This document shows positions 1 through 9,600 of a DNA stretch of 64,000 bases, piece after piece. The stretch is from an uncultured Eubacteriales bacterium (lineage in GTDB: Bacteria > Acidobacteriota > Aminicenantia > Aminicenantales > Aminicenantaceae), in contig CAYULB010000007.1 in NCBI GenBank assembly GCA_964445575.1, positions 3,039 to 67,038 of the forward strand, read 5' to 3'. How positions within the stretch are numbered: position 1 is the stretch's first letter; each line of letters begins with the position of its first letter. The notes under the pieces are model-generated. The model saw nothing but the letters and a program-made list of their open reading frames with translations. It was not told the DNA's origin and ran no database searches. Both the position numbers and the translations under genes were made by a program.

Positions 1-3000
1 GTTCATAAAGATATTGACAAAGCTACGGAAAAGGCAACTTCTCTTATAAAAGCAGCCATAAACAGAGTCGCACTTCAGCAGCCTCTCAAACCAGTAAAAG
101 TCGATGTCAATCCAGACACCTTAATTGTCGGTGCAGGAATCGCCGGAATCCAGGCTGCACTAGAGATTGCTGAATCAGGAAGCCGAGTCTATCTGGTGGA
201 AAAAGAATCCACTATCGGTGGCAAAATGGCGAAATTTGATAAAACTTTCCCCACTCTTGATTGCTCTGCTTGCATTCTGACTCCCAAGATGGTTTCTGTA
301 GCTCAAAACAAGAACATTGAACTCCTCAGCTTCAGCGAAGTGGAAGAAGTGGAAGGAGCCATCGGTAATTTTAAAGTCAAAGTAAGAAAGAAAGCCCGCT
401 TCGTCAAAGATGACTGTACTTCCTGTGGAGAATGTTCTGAAGTATGTCCCATAAGGATCCCCAATCCTTTTGAAGAAAATCAGTCATCCCGTTCAGCTAT
501 CTATAAAACTTTCCCTCAGGCAATTCCCAATACCTATGTGATCGATAAAGCCGACCGCCCTCCCTGCCGGGAGACCTGCCCCATTGACCAGGAAGCAGCT
601 GGCTACGTAACGCTCATCTCAAAGGGGCGCTATGAAGAAGCTGCCAGTCTTATAAGGAAGCAGAACGCACTTCCCAGTGTTTGCGGACGTGTCTGCTACC
701 ATCCCTGTGAATCAGAATGCAGCCGAAAATTTGTGGATAATGCCGTTTCCATAAAAAATCTCAAGAGATTTGCTATTGACTGGGAGCTTGAAAATAAGGG
801 AGCTCCCCAACCTCCCAAGACAGAAGAAAAAAAAGAACAGAAGATAGCCATAGTAGGTTCCGGCCCCTCAGGTCTTGTTTGCGGACATGATTTAGCTCTC
901 AAGGGTTATCAGGTCACCATCTATGAACAGCTTCCCGTGGAAGGAGGAATGCTCTCGGTCGGCATCCCTGAATACAGGCTTCCCAAAAAAATCCTTAAAA
1001 GGGATATCGATTACATAAAAAAACTGGGAGTTGAGATAAAGACAAATAAAGCCCTTGGAAAAGACTTTGATATAGACAGCCTCAAAAAAGACGGATTTGA
1101 TGCCATTTATGTTGCTACCGGGGCTCACAGCAGTAGAAAAATGAATATTCTTGGTGAAGATGAATATGAAGGTGTCTATCACGGAGTTGATTTCCTTAGA
1201 AACATAAATCTCAACAAACCTCAGCCTGTAGGAAAAAATGTCGCCATAATCGGAGGAGGAAACACAGCTATAGATGCTGCCCGAACCGCTCTGCGCATGG
1301 ATGCGGATGAAGTGACCATCCTTTACAGAAGGACCAGAAAAGAGATGCCCGCTGAAGAAGCTGAAATCAAAGCTGCTGAGGAAGAAGGAATCAAAGTCAA
1401 GTATTTAACAGCTCCTGTGGAAGTCTTGGGAAAATCCAAAAAAGTTACCGGAATGAAATGCATCAAAATGGAACTTGGAGAACCTGACTCAAGCGGCCGA
1501 AGGAGACCCATCCCTATAGAAGGCAGCGAGTATGAGCTGGATATTGATACCATCATCATCGCGGTCAGCCAGTCTCCAGAAATTGATTATGCAGAAAAAG
1601 AAGAACATCTCAAACTCACCAAATGGAACACCATTGTAGTCAATTCCGAATCCATGGAAACCGAAATTGAAGGAGTCTTTGCAGGAGGAGATGTGGTTCG
1701 GGGGCCAGATGCCGTCATCACCGCTATGGGAGACGGTAAGCGGGCTGCTGAATCAATTGATAAGTACCTTAAGGGAGAACCTTTAAAGGACTTCAAAACA
1801 AGAAGATGTCCTCCACTGCCAGAAAGAAATGAAAACGACCGTCCCCATCCGTATTCACCTCCTTTTAAAGATATCGCCAAACAAGAGCGGACTAAAATGA
1901 AGGAACTTGACCCCGAACAGCGCAAAAAATCATTTGATGAGGTCGAACTGGGATACTCTGAAGAGGAGGTTAAAAAAGAAGCTTCCCGATGCTTAAACTG
2001 CGGATTATGCGTAGAGTGTCATGTTTGCGAAACAGTTTGTGAGGCAAATGCCATAAATCATGATATGAAAGACGAAATCAAAGAGATCAATGTTGGCCAG
2101 GTCCTTGTTACGACAGGTTTCCAGACCATCAATTCCGATGCCCTGACTCCCTATGGTTATGGAGAGTTTGAAAATGTCTACACCAGCCTGGAGTTCGAAA
2201 GAATTGTAAGTTCCACAGGTCCCACTCAGGGAAAAATTGTGATGAAAAACGGCCAAGAGCCCCAATCCATTGGAATCATACACTGTGTGGGCTCTAGAGA
2301 CATAAACTTCCATCCTTACTGCTCGCGTGTCTGCTGCATGTATGCTCTGAAATTCGCCCATCTGATAAAGGATCGAACCAATGCTGAAGTCTATCAATTC
2401 TACATTGATATGCGCTCCTTTGGAAAAGGATATGAAGAATTTTATTCCAGGATACTGGATGAAGATGTCAATATTATTCGGGGAAAAGTATCTGAAGTGA
2501 TTCGCTCCAGCCACAGTCATAACGGTGATTCACCCTTGATAATCAAATGCGAAGATACTCTGATAAAAAAATACCGAGCAATTCCTGTAGATATGGTCAT
2601 CGTCTGCAATGCCATGGAACCCCAATCTGACGTAGAAAATATAGGAAGACTTTTCTCCATCAGTCAAAGCCCGGATGGCTTCTTTTTAGAGAAACATCCA
2701 AAACTTGACCCGACCAGCACATCTACAGACGGAGTCTATATTGCCGGGTGCTGTCAAGGACCTAAAGATATTCCGGATACTGTAGCCCAAGCAAATTCAG
2801 CTGCAGCGAGAATCCTTTCCAATATTTCTAAAGGCGAAATTGAACTTGAACCCATACAAGCTGAAATCGACCCAGAGCTCTGCTCAGGCTGCAGACTCTG
2901 TAACAATCTGTGTCCCTACGGAGCGATAACTTTTGACGAAGAAAAAAATATATCTGTAGTAAACGAAGCACTCTGCAAAGGATGTGGAACTTGTGTGGCA

Positions 3001-3084
3001 GCCTGTCCTTCCTCAGCTTCTTCGGCCAACCATTTCTCTGATACCCAGATCATTGCAGAAATAGAGGGCAATTTACGAGAATAG
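1..3084 (+). CDS. HdrA-like flavoprotein with an inserted GltD/NfnB-like NAD(P)H-binding module ('HdrL'-type); 5' end lies outside the window
   Basis: Frame 1 is open from nt 1. The N-terminus has the dinucleotide-binding motif (IVGAGIAGIQAALEIAESG) and the HdrA core motifs (FPTLDCSACILTPKM; CVGSRD...YCSRVCCMYALK). An internal GltD-type segment follows (ALPSVCGRVCYHPCESECSR; IAIVGSGPSGL; GVFAGGDVVRG). The C-terminus carries 2x[4Fe-4S] ferredoxin motifs (CSGCRLCNNLCP, CKGCGTCVAACP). Confidence 0.85.
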   Translation, partial: VHKDIDKATEKATSLIKAAINRVALQQPLKPVKVDVNPDTLIVGAGIAGIQAALEIAESGSRVYLVEKESTIGGKMAKFDKTFPTLDCSACILTPKMVSVAQNKNIELLSFSEVEEVEGAIGNFKVKVRKKARFVKDDCTSCGECSEVCPIRIPNPFEENQSSRSAIYKTFPQAIPNTYVIDKADRPPCRETCPIDQEAAGYVTLISKGRYEEAASLIRKQNALPSVCGRVCYHPCESECSRKFVDNAVSIKNLKRFAIDWELENKGAPQPPKTEEKKEQKIAIVGSGPSGLVCGHDLALKGYQVTIYEQLPVEGGMLSVGIPEYRLPKKILKRDIDYIKKLGVEIKTNKALGKDFDIDSLKKDGFDAIYVATGAHSSRKMNILGEDEYEGVYHGVDFLRNINLNKPQPVGKNVAIIGGGNTAIDAARTALRMDADEVTILYRRTRKEMPAEEAEIKAAEEEGIKVKYLTAPVEVLGKSKKVTGMKCIKMELGEPDSSGRRRPIPIEGSEYELDIDTIIIAVSQSPEIDYAEKEEHLKLTKWNTIVVNSESMETEIEGVFAGGDVVRGPDAVITAMGDGKRAAESIDKYLKGEPLKDFKTRRCPPLPERNENDRPHPYSPPFKDIAKQERTKMKELDPEQRKKSFDEVELGYSEEEVKKEASRCLNCGLCVECHVCETVCEANAINHDMKDEIKEINVGQVLVTTGFQTINSDALTPYGYGEFENVYTSLEFERIVSSTGPTQGKIVMKNGQEPQSIGIIHCVGSRDINFHPYCSRVCCMYALKFAHLIKDRTNAEVYQFYIDMRSFGKGYEEFYSRILDEDVNIIRGKVSEVIRSSHSHNGDSPLIIKCEDTLIKKYRAIPVDMVIVCNAMEPQSDVENIGRLFSISQSPDGFFLEKHPKLDPTSTSTDGVYIAGCCQGPKDIPDTVAQANSAAARILSNISKGEIELEPIQAEIDPELCSGCRLCNNLCPYGAITFDEEKNISVVNEALCKGCGTCVAACPSSASSANHFSDTQIIAEIEGNLRE

Positions 3085-3160
3085 ATTTTGAAAAAATATA
3101 GCTCTGGACAACAGGGCTTTAACTCGTATAAACTAGTATTAATCGATTGAAAGAAAAATC

Positions 3161-4273
3161 ATGGAAGAAAACAAAAATTCTGTAGTCATTATAGATGATG
3201 AAGAATCAATGAGGGATTCCTGCCGTATGATACTGGAAAAAGATGGGTTCCTGACCGAAACAGCAGAGAACGGAGAAAAAGGTCTTGATAAAATCAAAGA
3301 AATGAAACCTGATATTGCACTGGTCGACTTGAAAATGCCTGGCATTGGAGGCTTGGATGTGTTAGAAAAAATAAACGAGATATCCCCCAATACCATACCC
3401 ATTGTTATCACAGGCTATGCCACAGTGGAATCTGCTGTTGAAGCCATGAAAAAAGGGGCCTATGACTTTCTCCCCAAACCATTCACACCGGAACAGCTGA
3501 GGGTCATCATAAAAAGAGGATTGGAAAAAATAAAGCTGTCAAGGGAAGCTGAAACACTGAGGAACGAAAAAAAACTCATAGAAGAAAATTTTATCACAAT
3601 GGTTTCCCATCAGCTCAGAAGTCCCCTGGTGGCCATTGCACAGTATTTCGAAGTCATGCTTTCTGGTTCAGTGGGAGAAATGTCAAAGCAGCATAAAGAG
3701 ATGCTGACCAAAGCCAGAGACCGGGTTGAAAGCCTATTAAACCTTATTAATGACTGGCTGGATGCAGCTCGCATCGACAAAGGACAGCTGGTAGAAAAAT
3801 TCAAACCCGTCTCTCTCTTTGAAATTTTAAAAAATCAAGTGGAATTCATAAAACCTCTTGCAGAAAAAAATAATATATCCCTTAATGTCGAGCCTCCCTC
3901 AGGGAGCACCACGGTAATGGGAGACAAAGAAACTCTGGAACAGGCATTTTCAAATTTGCTCAGCAACGCCGTTAAATACAATCAACCAAATGGATCGGTC
4001 ACTGTTACCTTCCAGGAAAATGACGACAAGATCACTACTGAAATCAAAGATACCGGCATCGGAATAGAAAAAAAGCACCTGCCCCATTTATTCAATCAAT
4101 TTTTCCGCGTCAGCCGAAGCGAAGACAAAAAGGGGAAAGGCTCTGGATTGGGACTTTCAATATGCAAAAAAATAGTCGATGCTCACTCTGGTACTATAGA
4201 TGTCTCCAGTGTCCCAGGAGAAGGAACCACTTTTTCAGTGTCTCTTCCTAAACAAGAGGAAAAAGAAAGCTGA
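3161..4273 (+). CDS. Response-regulator receiver domain fused to a histidine kinase (REC-HisKA-HATPase_c) with no recognisable sensor domain
   Basis: REC motifs (VVIIDDE, DIALVDLKMPG, LPKPF), H-box (MVSHQLRSPL) and the N/G1/G2 boxes (NAVKYN, DTGIGI, GSGLGLSI). Confidence 0.9.
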   Translation: MEENKNSVVIIDDEESMRDSCRMILEKDGFLTETAENGEKGLDKIKEMKPDIALVDLKMPGIGGLDVLEKINEISPNTIPIVITGYATVESAVEAMKKGAYDFLPKPFTPEQLRVIIKRGLEKIKLSREAETLRNEKKLIEENFITMVSHQLRSPLVAIAQYFEVMLSGSVGEMSKQHKEMLTKARDRVESLLNLINDWLDAARIDKGQLVEKFKPVSLFEILKNQVEFIKPLAEKNNISLNVEPPSGSTTVMGDKETLEQAFSNLLSNAVKYNQPNGSVTVTFQENDDKITTEIKDTGIGIEKKHLPHLFNQFFRVSRSEDKKGKGSGLGLSICKKIVDAHSGTIDVSSVPGEGTTFSVSLPKQEEKES

Positions 4274-4339
4274 GCCGGCATTCGATAGTTAATCTTCTGC
4301 AGATTAAATCTAAAATGTAAAGGGAAGCAGAGAAGCATC

Positions 4340-4828
4340 ATGACAAAAACCCTTGTTCTTGGCTTAGGAAATGAACTATACGGTGATGATGGTATAGGTA
4401 TCTACATCATCCAGCACATAAACGAAAAAACAGACTTAAAAAATGAATTAACCTCTTTTTGTGAATCAGTGGAATTTAAACCGTGCAGTCAAACCGGGCT
4501 TTCACTCTTAGATGTCATCATAGGATACGACTCCTTGGTCATCATAGATACCATAAAAAAAGCAAATCCATGTACTGGAAAAATCCATGTGATGGAAGGA
4601 AATGAACTCAGATACATACCTGGTCCCTCCCCTCATTATGTATCCATTCCTCAGTCCATAGAAATCGGGAAAAAACTGGGGCTAAAAGTCCCATCCAGCA
4701 TAAAAATCATAGCCATTGAAGCTAAAAATATGTACAATCTTGGAGAAATTTTGACGGAAGAAATGAAAAAGAAAGTGCCAGAGATATTAATAATATTGAA
4801 ATCTTTGTTAAAAGAGATATCAAAATGA
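4340..4828 (+). CDS. [NiFe]-hydrogenase maturation endopeptidase (HycI/HyaD/HoxM family)
   Basis: N-terminal LVLGLGNELYGDDGIG motif typical of the family, about 160 aa, and located next to hypB/hypA. Confidence 0.8.
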   Translation: MTKTLVLGLGNELYGDDGIGIYIIQHINEKTDLKNELTSFCESVEFKPCSQTGLSLLDVIIGYDSLVIIDTIKKANPCTGKIHVMEGNELRYIPGPSPHYVSIPQSIEIGKKLGLKVPSSIKIIAIEAKNMYNLGEILTEEMKKKVPEILIILKSLLKEISK

Positions 4829-5496
4829 AAAAACAAGAAATCATGGTCCTTCAAGACCTGCTCGGTTCAAACAAAAAAATAGCCGGAGAAATTCGGAAAA
4901 AGCTCTCAGAAAAGGGAATTCTGGCTGTCAATTTGCTCAGTTCCCCTGGAGCCGGCAAGACTGCACTGCTGGAAAAACTTTCAGAGATTTTAAGTCCAGA
5001 TTATAAAATGGCGGTCATAGAAGGAGACATTGAAACAGAAAGAGATGCAGAAAGAATACGGGCTAAAGGAATTCCAGCATGGCAGATATCTACTGGGGGA
5101 GCCTGCCATCTGGATGCTAAAATGATAGGCAAATTGTTCTCTGAAATCCCTCCTGATTTGGATTTTCTGTTTATAGAAAATGTGGGCAATCTGGTTTGTC
5201 CTGCCAGTTTTGACCTTGGGGAAAGCCTCAGGTGCGTCCTTCTCTCCATTCCTGAAGGAGATGACAAACCCAAAAAGTACCCCAAAGCATTCATAACGTC
5301 AGATGTTCTTATCATAAGCAAAACAGACCTTTTGAATAAACTGCCTTTTGATATAGAGCGGGCTCAAAAAGAAGGCTTGGAAGTGAACCCAAAAATAAAA
5401 ATATTTAGGACCAGTGCTGTTGAGGGGACCGGAATCCCAGATTTTGCAGACTTCCTTATTAAAAACTTAAAAAAACTGAAGCATTCAAATGCATGA
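4825..5496 (+). CDS. hypB: Hydrogenase nickel-incorporation GTPase HypB
   Basis: P-loop SSPGAGKT, the ENVGNLVCPASFDLGE motif, and ISKTDL (NKxD-like). The start overlaps the upstream stop (ATGA). Confidence 0.9.
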   Translation: MKKQEIMVLQDLLGSNKKIAGEIRKKLSEKGILAVNLLSSPGAGKTALLEKLSEILSPDYKMAVIEGDIETERDAERIRAKGIPAWQISTGGACHLDAKMIGKLFSEIPPDLDFLFIENVGNLVCPASFDLGESLRCVLLSIPEGDDKPKKYPKAFITSDVLIISKTDLLNKLPFDIERAQKEGLEVNPKIKIFRTSAVEGTGIPDFADFLIKNLKKLKHSNA

Positions 5497-5836
5497 ACTT
5501 TCTCTAGTGGCTAACCTTTTTGAAATCATGGAACAGAAGGCAAAGCAAGAAAATGCCCAAAAAATCACCTATGTTAAACTTAAAGTGGGAGTAGTGTCTG
5601 GAGCTGTTCCAGAACTTTTGAAGACCGCTTTTGATATCTACAAAAAAGATACTATTGCCTCAGACGCAAAGCTTGAAATCGAAAAAGTCCCTCTCAAACT
5701 CAAATGCAAAAAATGCGGATCAGTGACAACAAAAGATGACCTGGTGCTGAACTGCAGCCAATGCAGCTCCACTGACCTTGAAACCTTGGCCGGGACAGAT
5801 TTATATCTGGAAAAAATGGAGCTCGAAATTGAATAA
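5489..5836 (+). CDS. hypA: Hydrogenase nickel-insertion protein HypA
   Basis: MHELSL N-terminus, two CxxC pairs (CKKCGS ... CSQCSS), 115 aa. Confidence 0.9.
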   Translation: MHELSLVANLFEIMEQKAKQENAQKITYVKLKVGVVSGAVPELLKTAFDIYKKDTIASDAKLEIEKVPLKLKCKKCGSVTTKDDLVLNCSQCSSTDLETLAGTDLYLEKMELEIE

Positions 5837-5873
5837 AAGGGGTCAGCTTTTTAGAAAAAATTATTTATTTAGG

Positions 5874-5902
5874 TATTTATTTTTTCAAAAAAATGCTATA
5901 AT
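5874..5902 (+). promoter_or_regulatory. Putative sigma70 extended -10 promoter (TGcTATAAT at 5894-5902) for the cold-shock gene, leaving a ~120-nt 5' UTR
   Basis: Perfect TATAAT preceded by TGn. A long leader containing a hairpin (about 5919-5940) is typical of csp genes. Confidence 0.5.
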
Positions 5903-6027
5903 ACTATTAATCAGTAAAGGTCTGTCTTTAGGGACAGGCCGGTTTCGTTCTGTAGGAGAGGACCATTTTTATAAGTGGCATCCTCCAGTTTGGAACCTTG
6001 AGTACTTTAGGAAAGGAGAATGCCACA

Positions 6028-6228
6028 ATGGCTAACGGAACTGTTAAATGGTTCAATAGCAGCAAAGGTTACGGCTTCATTGAGCAGGAAGACGGACCTG
6101 ATGTGTTTGTTCATCATTCAGCGATCAACGCATCGGGTTTCAAGTCGCTCAAAGAAGGCGATAAGGTGACCTTTGAGATCGAACAGGGTCCCAAAGGGCC
6201 TGCGGCGAAAAACGTAACCGTAGTCTAG
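6028..6228 (+). CDS. Cold-shock protein, CspA family
   Basis: [18 protein letters not shown] (RNP1) and VFVHHSAI (RNP2). GGAGA RBS about 8 nt upstream of ATG 6028. The longer ORF starting at 5998 is probably an over-extension. Confidence 0.92.
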   Translation: MANGTVKWFNSSKGYGFIEQEDGPDVFVHHSAINASGFKSLKEGDKVTFEIEQGPKGPAAKNVTVV

Positions 6229-6250
6229 CTCGAAACCATTAAAACACTAA

Positions 6251-6288
6251 AAGGGCGTTCTCTTCATCGAGAATGCCCTTTTTATTTA
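6251..6288 (+). terminator. Rho-independent terminator downstream of csp
   Basis: 12-bp stem AAGGGCGTTCTC / GAGAATGCCCTT (one G:U pair), 6-nt loop, followed by a T-run. Confidence 0.8.
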
Positions 6289-6346
6289 TACTAACTTTCC
6301 ATTAACAAATACCTAGAGTGAGCTGATTCGAAATTCATACAACCTG

Positions 6347-6510
6347 GATTTGTGAATAATCAAGATCAAACAAAAAAAATAGAACCGTCACCTAGCCTGG
6401 ATTATTCACGAGTCAAGGTTGCGGCAGATGCGAGGCACAGGGCATGAAGCCGTGGTCCTTCACTGCGAATGCCCTGCAACGAAGCAGATGCCGTGAGATC
6501 GGCTCGCCTG
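6347..6510 (+). ncRNA. Candidate structured RNA or element: a 15-bp hairpin followed by a GC-rich (~60% GC) nested-stem island in an otherwise AT-rich spacer
   Basis: 6347-6361 pairs with 6400-6414; the two non-Watson-Crick positions are G:U only if the + strand is the RNA. CAGGGCAT (6438-6445) pairs with ATGCCCTG (6469-6476), enclosed by GTTG/CAAC. GCAGATGC occurs twice. I could not match it to any family. Confidence 0.3.
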
Positions 6511-6522
6511 AAAGGTAAAAAA

Positions 6523-6642
6523 ATGGCGATTAAAATAGAAAATTCAAAGAGGGAAAATGTTCAAGACATTGTTCTTGAAAAAATCTTGTATATCGCTGAA
6601 AATAAGTTGATAATGAAAACATCGCCATTTTTTTATGAATAG
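6523..6642 (+). CDS. Possible 39-aa small ORF (MAIKIENSKRENVQDIVLEKILYIAENKLIMKTSPFFYE) lying largely inside repeat copy A
   Basis: ATG with an AAAGG 7 nt upstream. The equivalent frame in repeat copy B has no start codon and an early TAG, so this is weakly supported. Confidence 0.15.
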   Translation: MAIKIENSKRENVQDIVLEKILYIAENKLIMKTSPFFYE

Positions 6643-6650
6643 GTCAGGTT
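6541..6650 (+). repeat. Copy A of a ~110-bp imperfect direct repeat (partner at 10141-10250), with promoter-like blocks and a vestigial ATG-AAT-AGG-TCA-GGT-TAG
   Basis: An ungapped hand alignment at an offset of exactly 3600 bp gives about 87/110 identities. Conserved blocks are TTCTTGAAAAAATCTTGT, GCTGAAAATAA and ATTTTTTTATGAAT. Confidence 0.75.
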
Positions 6651-6674
6651 AGTTTAGTTTAAAATAAATTCAAT

Positions 6675-9600
6675 ATGCGTTTTATAAGTGACCTTCACAT
6701 CCATTCTCACTTCTCTCGGGCTACCAGCAAGCAGCTAGTGCCGGAATTTATTGACTACTGGGCAAGACTCAAAGGGATCTCTGCAGTGGGCACAGGGGAC
6801 TTCACTCATCCTGGCTGGCTCAACGAACTTAAAGAAAAATTAGAACCAGTAGAAGATGGTCTGTTTGAACTTAAAAAAAAATTCAAAAAAAACCTAGACA
6901 TCCCTAAGCCAAAAAATCTTTGTTCTGAAGTGAGATTTATCTTGTCCACAGAGATAAGCAGTATTTACAAAAAAAATAGTAAAGTCAGAAAAGTGCACAA
7001 TGTCATTTTGTCTCCAGACTTTGCCACAGCTGAAAAAATTCAGAAATCCCTTCTGAAGATCGGTGGAAATATTACATCTGATGGGAGGCCGATTTTAGGT
7101 CTTGATTCCAAAGATCTGCTGGAAATGACCCTAGAGGCTTCTGATAAGACATTCTTTATCCCCGCTCATATTTGGACTCCATGGTTTTCTGTGCTCGGTT
7201 CAAAATCAGGATTTGATTCTATAGAAGAGTGTTTTGAAGACCTAACCCCATTAATATCTGCGGTTGAGACAGGCCTTTCTACAGATGCTCCCATGCACTG
7301 GATGTGTACGTTTCTGGACAGATTCAATTTGGTATCAAATTCCGATGCACACTCTTCTGAAAAACTGGGCCGCAATGCCAACATTTTTAACACAGAACTG
7401 ACATACTCACACATCATCAAAGCCCTGGAATCAGGGGACCCAGATAAATTTAAAGGAACCATAGACCTATTCCCTCAAGAAGGAAAATACCACTATGACG
7501 GACACAGAAAATGCGGAATAAGATGGAACCCAGTTCAAACCCTTCAAAACAAAAAAATCTGTCCTCAATGTGGGAAAAAAGTCACCATAGGGGTGATGCA
7601 TAGAGTGGTGGAACTATCAGACCGGGAAGATCTTGATGAACGTCCCAACAAGCTTCCTTTCATCTCCATAATCCCCTTAAAAGAAATTCTATCTGAAATA
7701 ACAGGGGTCGGCTCCACATCAAAAGCAGTTGATTCAGAATATTTTTCCCTGATCCGGAGCTGCGGTCCTGAACTGCACATCCTTCTTGACCTTCCTCCTG
7801 AAGAGCTTAATAAAAGAGGATTTGAAGTTTTAGCCGAAGCTGTGAAAAGAATGCGCAACAGGCAGGTTATTATCCAAGAAGGTTTTGATGGTGAGTATGG
7901 AAGAATTCGCGTCTTTAATCACAAGAAATCATTCACCAGGGAAAGTCAAAAAAATCTTTTTCACAAAAAAACAGAAGCCCCTTCTGTTGTGCCGAAACGA
8001 AAAATCATTAATTTTGACCTCAAGGATTATAGAAAGCTTCAGAAAAAAATTCCCCCCGCCCCTTCTCAACTTTTACTTGAAGCAAAGGAAAACCAGACAG
8101 AAAAACAAAAAGAACTGCTGTCAGTGAAACATCTTAATACAGAGCAAAAACAAGCTGTGGAGCATAACAAAGGTCCGGCAGCTGTCATTGCTGGCCCAGG
8201 AACCGGTAAAACACATACTCTCTGCTGCAGAATGGCCTATATAATCCAAAGGAATAAAACACCTCCTGGAAATATCCTTGCTGTCACCTTTACAAATAAG
8301 GCCGCAGGAGAGATGAAGAACAGACTTAATGACATGGTTGGCCACAAATCAAAACTCACTGGAATCCGTGTGGCAACCTTTCATGCCTTTGGATATGAAA
8401 TACTCAAAAAACACTGTGAACTTCTGAACAGAAGTAAAAACTTTTCAATTATAAGCGAGGAAGAGAGAACTGACTTTCTTCAAGATATATTCGGCTTCAA
8501 ACATCAAAAAGCAACCGCGACCGCCAAAGTTATTAAAGAGGCCAAACAAAACCTGAGAATGCTCGAAGAGGCCAAAGAGTCTCCTCTTTGTTCTCTTCTT
8601 ACATCATATGAAGAAAAACTCATAGAATCTGATCTGTTTGATATTGACGACTGTATATATCAGCCCCTGTTTCTTTTCTCCAACTTTCCTTCCCTGTTAA
8701 TTCAATACAGAAAAAGTATTTCCTGCATGCTCGTAGATGAGTTCCAGGATATAAACTGTGTTCAATATGAGATAATGAGAAAAATTATGCCTGAACAGGA
8801 TGCTTCTCTTTATATCATTGGAGATCCGGACCAATCCATATACGGATTTCGGGGAGCAGGCCCCCGTTTTCTGAATGATTTTCTAAAAGACTATCCCAAA
8901 GCATCCATCTACAGACTAAAACAGAGTTATAGGTGCTCCGATCTTATTCTCAGAGCTTCAGGAAAACTAGTCCAAAAAAATGAGTTTGAAAGAGACCATT
9001 TGAAAGGTCTTTTCAGGGGAGTGAAAGTCAACCTCGTTTCAAACGCAACTGAGAAGAGTGAAGCAGAATTTGTAGCCCGCAGAATAGAGGATATTATCGG
9101 AGGAGTGCGTTTTTTTTCAATTGATTCTGAAATAAGCGAAGGTGAAGAAAAAGAAGGGATAAACAGTTTTTCTGATTTTGCAGTATTGTGCCGAACAAAA
9201 GAACAAATGAAACCCATTGAAAAAGCTTTTAACGACCACAGCATCCCCTTTCAAAAAGTAGGGGAAACTCCTTTTTTCCGTGAAGAGCCCCTAAAATCAG
9301 TCCTAAATGTCTATAGGCTCAGCCTTCATCAAGAAAATGCTTTTCTCAAACAAAGCTTAATCAGAAAAAAAACCATTAAGGCTGGATATATCTCTGGTCT
9401 TCCTGATCTAACAGAAAACAAGCCGGTCAGAGAAGGACTTACCAGCATCATCAACCATTTCTTTTCCCGAGAAAAAAAGTCGGCCGAGGATTCTATCAAG
9501 AAACTTTTGGATCTGGCCGAAGATTATAAAAACAATACAGAAGAATTTTTAAAGCACATCTCTCTAGGTTCAGGTGCTGACACCCATGATTCTTCTCTTG

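Noticed and set aside
2005-2520. Long antisense ORFs inside well-supported genes, for example 2005-2520(-), 34384-34752(-), 38391-38873(+), 50395-50880(+), 53615-54355(+), 56377-57051(+) and 59357-60058(+)
   Set aside because: All lie fully inside strongly motif-supported genes on the opposite strand. They have low-complexity, S/L/F-rich compositions typical of shadow ORFs opposite K/E-rich coding sequence, and no RBS or recognisable motifs.
3105-3118. Sigma54-like TGGACA-N-GC upstream of the REC-kinase gene
   Set aside because: The GG-to-GC spacing is 10 nt rather than the required 12, and the -12 element is not TTGC.
5778-6035. 85-aa ORF spanning the hypA 3' end and the csp leader
   Set aside because: It overlaps the hypA stop region and the promoter and 5' UTR of the cold-shock gene, and has no RBS or recognisable motifs. 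It is better explained as non-coding leader.
6321-6361. Words resembling the tmRNA 5' end (GCTGATTC ... CTGGATT)
   Set aside because: There is no tRNA-like acceptor/T-arm (GGTTCGAATCC...CCA) and no tag reading frame within the next 400 nt, and the region is too short for tmRNA.
6431-6476. GCACAGGGCA, reminiscent of the c-di-GMP-I (GEMM-I) riboswitch core
   Set aside because: The rest of the consensus is absent: no GNRA tetraloop/receptor pair and no ACGCAAAGCC-type segment. The downstream gene class is also atypical for GEMM-I.
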